Of a stretch of 32,000 bases of DNA, positions 8,971 to 17,634 are shown piece by piece; the first letter of the stretch is position 1; each line of letters begins with the position of its first letter. The stretch is from assembly GCA_965227835.1 (NCBI GenBank), contig OZ245768.1, positions 1,110,001 through 1,142,000 of the forward strand, read 5' to 3'. Under the pieces are notes generated by a model. That model had not been told where the DNA came from, ran no database searches, and saw only the letters and a program-made list of their open reading frames with translations. Source of the stretch: Candidatus Saccharimonadota bacterium (lineage in GTDB: Bacteria; Patescibacteriota; Gracilibacteria; BD1-5; UBA6164). The position numbers and the translations under genes were made by a program.

Positions 8971-9936
8971 ATGTGAGAATCAAATCAAATAAGTTTTGTT
9001 ATCCTAAACGAGCTAATTCCAGAAAATCATCAATATCGTAAATTTAAGAAATTGTGGAACTTTGATTGAGTAAATAAAATACTAAAAAATATAGATCTAT
9101 GAAAAACTCATGTATGATATTGAGTAAAAAAATTATTTCTATGTTTACTAATCCAGTTTATGGAAGATCTATCAGATAGAGAGTTAGAGAAATATCTTGC
9201 AGAAAATTTAGCTGGTAAATGGTTTTGCTGATTTAAATTAACAGATAAAACTCCAGATTATAGTATATTCTCAAGAGCAAGAAAAAAGATATGAACAAAT
9301 GAACTATCAAAGATATTTGAAGATTTAAAAAATCAATTATCAAATAAGGGGTATATGAGTGAAGTGTTTACATTTGTAGATGCTTCTCATTTAGTTACTA
9401 AAGCTAATTTATGGGAAGAAAGAGATAAATGAATAAAAGAATGATATGAAAAAATGAATAATGAAACTCTTCCAAAAGTTGCTAATGATAAGGAAGCTAA
9501 AATTTGATCTAAGTGAAAAAATAAATTTTGGTATGGTTATAAAAAACACGCTAGTGTTGATATGCAATCTTGAATGATAAACAAGATAGCTATAACTCAA
9601 GCTAATGTAACAGATGCAAAGTGAATGAAACATGTATTACCAAATTCATGAGCAGTATATGCTGATAAGTGATATTGTATTTGACCAGCTATATTATCAT
9701 CAAAAAAGAAGTGATTACATTTATGTGCAATAAAGAAGAATAATATGAAAGAGAAGGATAAGGATAAAGATAGATTTTATTCTAAACTTAGATCTCCTTA
9801 TGAGAGAGTATTTTCAAAAATGAATCATAGAGTGAGATATAAATCTGTAGTAAAAAACCAGTTTACTGCATTTATGGAAGCTATATCTTTTAATCTCAAA
9901 AGATTGGTTGTATTAGAGGAAATCCCAATAGCTTAG
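8971..9936 (+). CDS. IS5-family DDE transposase (DUF772-like N-terminus plus DDE_Tnp_1-like core), 321 aa
   Basis: Motifs are GYGVKKLFLCLLIQFMEDLSDRELEKYLAENLAGKWFCGF, TPDYSIFSRARKKIG, FVDASHL, FWYGYKKHASVD, VYADKGY and SPYERVFSKMN. It has many in-frame TGA=Gly codons, including ADK(TGA)Y. ATG 8971, TAG 9934-9936. Confidence 0.85.
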
Positions 9937-10078
9937 ATTAGTTTCCTTAGGTGGATTTTGTCTAAAATCCTAAATTATATATAAAAATGGCTATAATTTA
10001 ACAAAAAATAGATGAATTTTATAAATCTTTCATCTATTTAGTACTTTTCTTAATTAAAACTCTTTTTAAAATCAAAAC

Positions 10079-10089
10079 GCAACAGACCC
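10079..10089 (+). repeat. IS right terminal inverted repeat
   Basis: GCAACAGACCC is the reverse complement of 8886-8896. Confidence 0.8.
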
Positions 10090-10094
10090 ATTAT

Positions 10095-11596
10095 TAGCAA
10101 TTCAAATATGAGCTGAATTTACACCTGCTTGATGGACTATTTGAGCTTGAATTGATTGATATGACCTTTTTTCTGATAGTGAAGCATTAATAGATTTATG
10201 AAAAAAAATATGAGTTATAGATGAAAATTATAAAACTGAAAAAACTTTGGTAGACAATGTTTTAGCTGGAATTTGATTAATACCTTGAATGACTATATTA
10301 ACTAAATGAGATAAGTTATATACATTTTTTAAACAAATGTGACCAGAAGATAAAACTTTTTTTATGGAGCTACTAGATAAAGTATGAGAAAAGTTAGGTA
10401 TAGCTTGAGAGTATTTAAATAAGTTAAAAGATAAATTATTTTGAGTTAAAAGTAATAAAGTAGATAATTTTCGTAATTTTGACTGAATAGATTATAGTTA
10501 TACATCTCCTATTAATAAGATAGATGAATTATTGAAATTATGAGATTTAGAGAAGGTTGAAGAATTATTATTAACAAATAGTAGAAAATTATATTTTCCA
10601 GAAAATAGTTATAGTGAATTTAATAAATATATAACTCAATGAAATTATAAAGAAGCTTTTGAAATTTATAAACAATCAGAAGCTAAAAGTATAGAAAAAT
10701 TGAAAAATATATGATTTTCTATAGAAGATAATCTAAAATTTTATGAAGCATTAAAAAATTGAAATATTGATGAAATAAAAAGGCTTTTAGATAAATCAAA
10801 AAAAATCTCATGAGATGTATATAAATGAGACTATAAAAATACTTCTGATTTGTATTGAATTTCTAGGGATAAAATAACTGATGTAGAGAAATATAATAAA
10901 AAGGGGAAAATGATTAATCCTATATCATGAAAAGAAGAATTATTAAGTAGAAATGAGTTACATGAACTTATTATATCAAAATTTCTAGATTGAATAGAGA
11001 AAAAAGATACACCAGTATTTTTAGTATTATGATGAATGAGTTGAAGTTGAAAAAGTGAAATAAAGAAATGATTAAATAATGAAATATGAAATCATATTGA
11101 AGTTGACCCAGATGCTGTAAGAAGATTATTACCAGAATTTAAAGAAAATATGCCAGAAACAAGTATTACAACACATCAAGAAAGTCTATTTATATCAAAA
11201 CAAATATTAAATAGAGCTATTGAAAATAATGGTAATATATTAAGAGAAACTATAATGACTAGAAAAGAACCATTATTGAATTATATTGAAAAATGATGAG
11301 AAACTCATAAAATGGACTTTAGATTTGTATTTTCATGAGAAGAATCTTGGCTTAGAAATACTTTATGAAGAGATAGAACAGTAAATCCACAAGTTTATGT
11401 TTCTCAATTTAAAGCATTTGAAACAGTAGTGGATATGATGTGAGATAGTAATATAAAAAATTTAAAAATAATACTAAATCTAAAAGAAGAAGAAATTATT
11501 TTTAATAAAATAAACTGATTAGCAAAACCTACATCATGAGAATGAATGAAAAAATTTTTTATATTTAATGAAATATCTAAAAAAATTAATAATTAA
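10095..11596 (+). pseudogene. 3' part of the IS-disrupted toxin-like gene: glycine-rich linker plus C-terminal Zeta-toxin/P-loop kinase domain
   Basis: There are 500 in-frame codons to TAA 11594-11596. The Walker A motif is VFLVLGGMSGSGKSEI, followed by EVDPDAVRRLLPEF (compare the Zeta/PezT GxxGxGKT ... D-D-F-R ... P arrangement). Upstream segments are AGWTIGAGIDGYDLFSD and LAGIGLIPGMTILTKGDK. Confidence 0.7.
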
Positions 11597-11606
11597 TAAT
11601 TATATT

Positions 11607-12008
11607 ATGGAAATAAATCAAAAGGATTATGAAAAATTCTTAAAAGATATATCTTGATGACAAGATATATCTAAAATACCTGAAAAATTAGAACAAACTA
11701 AAGAAGAAAAAGAACATTCTTTGTTTGTTTATATGTGCTATGTTGTTTCTTGAATGAATCCACCATTTGAAATAACAAAAGAAAAATGGAATGAATTAAT
11801 ACAATTTTGAATGGTAACTTCAGAAATTACTAAAAATTGAATAGAGTATAGCATTACTGAGAAAGCACTTGAATATGTATGATGAGTAGATAGTGATTAT
11901 GCAAAAAAAATAGAACCTTATAAAGAAGATAAATTATTATGGATAGATAGGGATAGTATTGATTGAAATTTATGAAAAACTAGAGAATCTATTGATAATA
12001 TAGTTTAA
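11607..12008 (+). CDS. Small hypothetical protein (133 aa); positional candidate for the cognate immunity/antitoxin
   Basis: ATG 11607 lies 10 nt after the toxin-like stop, and the stop is TAA 12006-12008. It has several in-frame TGA codons and is followed by a strong terminator. Confidence 0.55.
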
Positions 12009-12086
12009 TTCAAAATATTTATAATATAGGTATATTAATATAGTCATCATAGCTTTGAATCTCAGTTCTAATCTCCTGCACTATAG

Positions 12087-12098
12087 CCGACCATTTAA
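12087..12098 (+). repeat. Direct repeat CCGACCATTTAA, copy 2 (putative distal att)
   Basis: It is identical to 6164-6175. The preceding TCAGTTCTAATCTCCTG matches the tRNA-Pro T-arm sequence TGAGTTCGAGTCTCACG at 12 of 17 positions. Confidence 0.5.
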
Positions 12099-12111
12099 TG
12101 TATTAAAAAAA

Positions 12112-12145
12112 GCAACACCAGCCTTTTAGGCTGGTGTTGCTTTTT
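12112..12145. terminator. Bidirectional rho-independent terminator (between the toxin cassette and fic)
   Basis: A 12-bp G+C-rich stem GCAACACCAGCC/GGCTGGTGTTGC with loop TTTTA is flanked by an A run upstream and a T run downstream. Confidence 0.8.
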
Positions 12146-12202
12146 GGTATTAGCCCTTTTTTTCTGCCAAAATATTAATTTTGCAGAAATTCCTAAATAT
12201 TT

Positions 12203-13162
12203 TTATATACTTATGTCTACATTATCCAATGTTTTTTTATATTGTTCCAACATAAATTTATAATACTTCTTTTTATTCCCTGATTTGCATGAAGAAATAG
12301 AATTAAAATATGCTTGTTTATTTTCTGTAAATACTATCATAGGAAAGAAGTTATTTTGCAATAATATTTTATTCATAATAAATCTACCTGTTCTTCCATT
12401 TCCATTTTCAAATGGATGAATTTGTTCATATTTTAAATGAAAATCAAATGCTTCCTGTAACGAAAAAGTTATCTTTTTATTTTCCCTGTATCTTTGAATT
12501 AAACTATTTATTTCTCATGAAACATTTTCAGGTGCTGTAGTGGTAATATTATTTACAATATTTACTATTTTCTTAAATCCTCGTGGATATCTCACTCCTG
12601 TTTCTTGTAGTAAATCCTTCGTAAGAATATGGTACAACTTTTTTATATTAACCTCATTAAAAAGAAATTTTTCTTTTATAAAATTCCAAGACTTTATTGA
12701 ATTTTCAACTTCCTGTATTTCATTTTTTAATTTATACTTATATTTTTTATCATCTATAATCTTTTCCACCTCTTCTTCTGGTATCTTACTACCCTCTATA
12801 TTATTTGAGTTATAAATAAATTTTTTTGGAAAAACATATTCCAACCATGTTTTAATATTATTTCAAATTGATAATACTTCTATATCACATGTAATTTTAT
12901 TTTTTTGAATACATGAAATAATATCAACACTGTTACTGAATAATTTAGACTGAAATATTACTCTGTTCAATAAATCTTCACTATAAAAATATATTAAAAA
13001 ATTCTTATAACTTTGGGAATTATAAATAAATTCACATTCTTTTTTTGTAAGCTGAATAATATTATTCTTTCTAATTTTCTCTGAATGTATTTTTATTAGA
13101 AATTTATTTCAAAAAGATTTTTTAGCCAAAAATAATCATGAATCTTTTTTTTCTATAAACAT
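12203..13162 (-). CDS. fic: Fic-domain protein (AMPylase type), class II with an internal inhibitory motif, 319 aa
   Basis: The canonical motif is HPFENGNGRTGR. The upstream SNNIEG fits the (S/T)xxxE(G/N) inhibitory helix. ATG 13160-13162, TAA 12203-12205. Track ORF 12515..12844 is the middle of this frame, and four TGA=Gly codons are present. Confidence 0.85.
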
Positions 13163-13327
13163 ATGAAATGTAGTTATATTGATTTTAGGTACCCATAAAC
13201 TAATACTTTTTGCCTAAAAAGTCAAATTATTCTTTATATTAAGACATCAGTATTACCTAAAAATAAGTAAAAAAATACAGGAGACTAAAAGGCATAGTTT
13301 CAGGTTAATATTACTTAGAATCTAGTT

Positions 13328-13356
13328 TACACAAATTTTACAAAAAAAAGAGAGCA
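13328..13356 (+). repeat. Direct repeat flanking the purB cassette (3' side of the gene)
   Basis: TACACAAATTTT (13328-13339) is identical to 14959-14970. A similar A-rich tail ending in AAGAG-GC follows both copies. Confidence 0.5.
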
Positions 13357-13368
13357 TCTCTGCTCTCT
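13342..13368 (-). terminator. Rho-independent terminator of purB
   Basis: The stem AGAGAGCA/TGCTCTCT (13349-13368) has loop TCTC. On the minus strand it is followed by a T8 run. It lies 17 nt downstream of the stop. Confidence 0.8.
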
Positions 13369-13384
13369 TTTTATTTTCTCCTCT

Positions 13385-14860
13385 TTATACTTCAGATTTT
13401 TGGGCATGTACTGGATTGTCTTTTGCATACTTAAGTACACTTGACACAATATCAGACTGTAAGAATTCCTCACAAATCTGAACAGAAGCACCGATGTAAT
13501 TCATTGGATCAAGTTTTTCAGGAAATACAACTCCTTCAAACTCTTTATATCCACCATTTTGGAGACGCTGTAGAAGATCATTATCATTAATATCACCATT
13601 AGCAATATCAAGCCAAACCCCCTTACATCTTTCCATAATGATATGATGGGTTTCCTGACGAGGAGCACCTTGTTTAACTGCCAAAGACAGAACTTCCTCA
13701 GTAGCAAGAAATGGAAGCATTTTTGCCAAACGTGTTGATACAACATTTTCAAACACATTTAGACCTTCCATAACCTCAACTGCAAGCTTTAGACAAGCAT
13801 CAACGACTAAGAATGACTCAGGCAGGTAAATACGACGACCTGCAGAATCATCTAGAGTGCGTTCAAGACCTTGAACTTGCTGTGTCATATCTGCCATAAG
13901 TTTAAAACCAGGCAAAGTACGAGCAAGAGAGTTAAGTCTCTCATCTTTCATAGGATTTTGCTTCCATGGCATTGCAGAAGAACCAACCTGATTTTTTCCT
14001 CTAGGTTCACCAACTTCACCAGTTCTTGCAAGATGACGAATATCAGTTGCAAACTTAGCCAAGTTATTCCCTAGAGAAGTAAAACAAGACAGTAATGCCA
14101 CTTCCATACTACGATGAGCCGTTTGACCAGGTACTAAATCAGTAACTGGAATATCAAGTTTTTTTGCTACAGAATCTTGGAACTCTTTAACTTTAGCAAA
14201 ATCACCATCAACCAATTTCATCATTGCTTCGTAAGTACCAGTTGCACCACGTACACCTTTCATATTCCAGTTATCTAGAAGATATTCAAGAGTATTAAGA
14301 TCTTCCATTACTGGACCTACCCACATAGCAATTCTTTTACCAAGTGTGACTGCAGCTGCAGGCTGTAAATGAGTTTCACCCAACATAGGTAAAGATTTAA
14401 ACCTATCTACTTGCTCAAATGCAATCTTCAAAAAGTTTGCAGTATGAGCCATGATATGTTTAATCCATTCTCTCTGCTGGATAATCTCACCATTAGATGT
14501 TGCATCTTCAGATGTCATTGCAATGTGAAGAACTTCACCCAATTCAGGAACAAGATGATTACACACATAGCTAATATTAGCCATTACATCGTGTTTGGTC
14601 TCACACTCAATTTCACGGATTTTATCCCAATCAAACAATGTAATGTTATCACGAAACTTTTGAACAGCCTCTTTTGATGGTGGTTGAACAAGTACACCCA
14701 TTTCCATCTGTGTTTCCAAAACCGCTAACCATACGGTACGTATGCAAGTCCATCTATAAGCCTCACTTGTAAGAGTTTTAGCTTCCGTAGAACAGTAACG
14801 GCCAGTTAAAGGTGATGAGTAAATATCACTCTTTCCAAATTGTGAAAGCTCAATAAACAT
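13385..14860 (-). CDS. purB: Adenylosuccinate lyase (long, ADSL-like form), 491 aa
   Basis: This is the only long ORF in the standard-code track. It carries the fumarate-lyase signature GSSAMPWKQNP and the motifs LGETHLQPAA, ERTLDDSAGRR and LPFLATEE. AGGAGG lies 5 nt upstream of the ATG. The stop is TAA. None of about 29 glycines (my count) is TGA. Confidence 0.9.
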   Translation of the reverse strand: MFIELSQFGKSDIYSSPLTGRYCSTEAKTLTSEAYRWTCIRTVWLAVLETQMEMGVLVQPPSKEAVQKFRDNITLFDWDKIREIECETKHDVMANISYVCNHLVPELGEVLHIAMTSEDATSNGEIIQQREWIKHIMAHTANFLKIAFEQVDRFKSLPMLGETHLQPAAAVTLGKRIAMWVGPVMEDLNTLEYLLDNWNMKGVRGATGTYEAMMKLVDGDFAKVKEFQDSVAKKLDIPVTDLVPGQTAHRSMEVALLSCFTSLGNNLAKFATDIRHLARTGEVGEPRGKNQVGSSAMPWKQNPMKDERLNSLARTLPGFKLMADMTQQVQGLERTLDDSAGRRIYLPESFLVVDACLKLAVEVMEGLNVFENVVSTRLAKMLPFLATEEVLSLAVKQGAPRQETHHIIMERCKGVWLDIANGDINDNDLLQRLQNGGYKEFEGVVFPEKLDPMNYIGASVQICEEFLQSDIVSSVLKYAKDNPVHAQKSEV

Positions 14861-14902
14861 TTTTTCCTCCTATCTTTGAATTATAGCCTAAAAGCTATAA
14901 AT

Positions 14903-14930
14903 TTTATATTTATAAAAATTTAAAAGTCAA
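14903..14930 (-). promoter_or_regulatory. Sigma70-like promoter of purB
   Basis: On the minus strand: TTGACT (14930-14925), a 16-nt spacer, then TATAAA (14908-14903). Confidence 0.35.
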
Positions 14931-14958
14931 AATATCCTCGATAGAATCTATCACGAAA

Positions 14959-14987
14959 TACACAAATTTTGCAAAGCAAAAAGAGCC
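14959..14987 (+). repeat. Direct repeat flanking the purB cassette (5' side of the gene)
   Basis: See 13328-13356. The 12-nt core is exact and the tail is similar. Confidence 0.5.
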
Positions 14988-15085
14988 ATTTATGATTAAT
15001 TTCTTGTGCTCTAAAAATTTAGAGTAAACTAACTTGTAAGTTAGGCTGTTTTAAAATGCAATTTTAATTGAAAAGGAAATTTTTA

Positions 15086-15146
15086 TTTTTTCAACAGAGG
15101 ATTTTAGCCCTTTGCTATTATGAAAAGTTTCTATCTTTAAAAAGAG
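15086..15146 (+). repeat. 61-nt intergenic repeat, copy 1 (TTTTTTCAACAGAG ... TTTGCTATT ... TTTCTAT)
   Basis: An ungapped comparison with 31317-31377 gives 47 of 61 identical positions by my count, including a 14-nt identical start. Confidence 0.6.
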
Positions 15147-15232
15147 ACTATCTAGTTTGCTATAATAATTTTCTACAAAAATCTGACCCTTTAAAAATTT
15201 CACAAAAACTAGCAAAAATTTTATAACCTTTT

Positions 15233-16669
15233 TTACAACCCCTGTATTATCTTACTCATAGAATCAACTCAAAATCATGTCATTCATTTGTTTGCAAGAC
15301 CATAAGCTTCATAAGAATTTAGGGCTGTTCATGCTATATCAATATGTGTATATTCTTCCTCTCTTGATAAAAAATTGTATATAAATGCTCCTCACATGGT
15401 GGATCAAGCATATACTCATTTACTAAGATTTTGTAAATCTGCTACTTCTCATTTGGTTTTTTCTATAAAATAATCATCAAAAGGTAGTCTATTGTATTTT
15501 TCAAAATTATCTTCTGAATATTTAATAAACTTATTTATTAAATCATTATCTGTTCACATTATTCAAGCATGTCTAAATCACAATCATACTATACAAGCTC
15601 AGGTAAGTGTAGCTATTGTTAAAATTTTATCTAACTTGTAGTTTTTTGAAATATAGCTTACTCAATCAGCTAATATAAGTCTTCATTCTGCATCTGTATG
15701 CACTATATCTACTGTTTTTCAAGAATAAGATTTTATTATATCACTTGGTTTAAATGATTCTCAAGAAATATGATTTTCAGCCAAAACCAAGCATGCTATA
15801 ATATTTACATTTAGCTTTTTATCATCTAGTTCTTTCATCAAACTAAAAACTTGGGCCGCTCAACACATATCTCATTTCATTTCATACATACTATCTCATG
15901 GCTTTACCTGTATTCATCAAGTATCAAAAGTAACTCATTTTCATACTATTCATATAGTTGGAAGTTTTTTATTTACTATGTTTTTTAAAATTATGAGTGA
16001 TGGTTTATGTTTTGATCATTTTCAAACTGCTTTTAACAAATTTAATCATATTTTCTCAATCTTTTTATAATCAAAAACTTCTATTTTAGTATTTTTAAAC
16101 TTGGTTTTTTCAACTATTTTTACAAAACTTTCAGGATAAAGTTCATTTGAAGGCATAGATCAAAGATCTCTAGCTAAAACTATATTTTCTAGTGTAGATA
16201 TTCTTGCATTTATTGCCTTTTCTCCAATGTTTTCTTTATTTAATAAAATGTTTATTTTGTCTTTCTTTTTTGATTCCTCATCTGTTTTGAAATCAGTGTA
16301 TTTATATCTTGATAGAACTGATATATCAAGCATATTTAAAAGCATTTTTTCATCTCTAGAATATATAGTAAAATTGCTATTTTTATAATTTCTAAATATA
16401 TCAGAAGCGAAATAAATAAAATCCTTTTTTTCTTTATTCAAATAAAAAATAACTGTAATATTTTCAAAACCATCTTGTCAAACAAAAAAATCAAAACTTG
16501 TATTTTCTCACTTTTTTAAAATTTCTTTTATTTTTTCACTTATTTTTTCTTCTGTATCAAATTTTTCTAAAATTAGATCTTGAAATTCTTCTATATCTGA
16601 TTGTTTTTGTATTAAACAAATCAAGTTACTACCTTTTATTTTAGATAGATTTTTTTCTATTTTTATCAT
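15233..16669 (-). CDS. pepA: Leucyl aminopeptidase (M17 family), 478 aa
   Basis: Motifs are [58 protein letters not shown] and HIDIAGTA. Nearly all of these glycines are TGA. ATG 16667-16669, TAA 15233-15235. Confidence 0.85.
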
Positions 16670-16681
16670 AATTAAAAATTA

Positions 16682-17617
16682 TTAAGTATTTAGTCTTTTT
16701 ATTTTGTAGTATGTTAAAACTATGCATAAAAATTCTCAAAAAAATATAAGACTTAAATTAAATAAATCAATATCAAAAAAATATATAAAATATATTAATC
16801 AAAAGAAATTGATTAAATAAGATATGAAATAAAAAAAGTAATAATCAAAAGAGTATTTAAATTTATAAAAATAGGTCAAGATTATAAATTCAAGTGCTAT
16901 AAACATAGTAGTACAAAGAAAGATAATTCCATCATCTATTGGGTAAAAATATGAATAATAAAGGGAATATAGAAGAAAAATCAAAGTTATAATTCAAAAT
17001 ATAAGGGATATATAATTTTCAAATTTGAGATGTATAAATAAATTAAATAATCACAAGTAAAGAGAAATTAAAACTATATAAATATCTAAAGGGTATTTTA
17101 TTATATATATAATTATTAAAAATATTGATATATACGAAAGTATAATAGAAATAATTCTTAAAAGTATTATTTTATCCCTAAATCTTTCCAATTTAGTTAA
17201 ATAAAAAAATATAGCTCCACTAAAAAAAGATAATATAAATACCAAGTAAAAAATTATGTTTTTGTATAAGTATGTATAAGCAAAATAAAACAAAAAAAAT
17301 GCTACTAGCAATATAAAAAATCCAAATAAAACTTCTTTTTTATATTTAGATAAAAATTCATTTTTCTTATTTTCTTCTTCTTTTTTGTTTTCAGGTTCTT
17401 TTTTTATTTTGAAAAATATTCATGTTAGATATATGTATAGAAAAAATCAAACTAAACTAAATCCAATTGCTTCTAAAATAGGATTTCAAAATAAACTTTC
17501 AAAATATATGTTGTTTTCAAAACTATAGTCAAGAATAGTTTTATTTTCATTTGATAAATAAAAAAATAAAAAAATTAATGAGAAAACAATTGATATGCTA
17601 AGAGTTATAAGAGCCAT
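16682..17617 (-). CDS. Polytopic membrane protein, hypothetical, 311 aa
   Basis: A single frame joins track ORFs 16799..16984 and 17051..17311 through TGA codons. It is very hydrophobic and F/I/L/Y-rich, with a charged loop KIKKEPENKKEEENKKNE. Confidence 0.55.
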
Positions 17618-17634
17618 AGTTTTTTAAGTTAATT

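Larger units (their letters stand above)
8886..10089 (+). mobile_element. IS5-family insertion sequence (1204 bp)
   Basis: Terminal inverted repeats are GGGTCTGTTGC (8886-8896) and GCAACAGACCC (10079-10089). ATTAT flanks both sides (8881-8885 and 10090-10094). There is a single DDE transposase ORF. Removing the IS and one flank copy restores the host ORF in frame. Confidence 0.85.

Noticed and set aside
12030-12098. A complete tRNA gene ending in CCGACCA.
   Set aside because: The T-arm-like segment cannot pair (CTCAG versus CTCCT), and no acceptor or anticodon arms can be drawn. I treat it as a degenerate tRNA-Pro 3' remnant or att copy.
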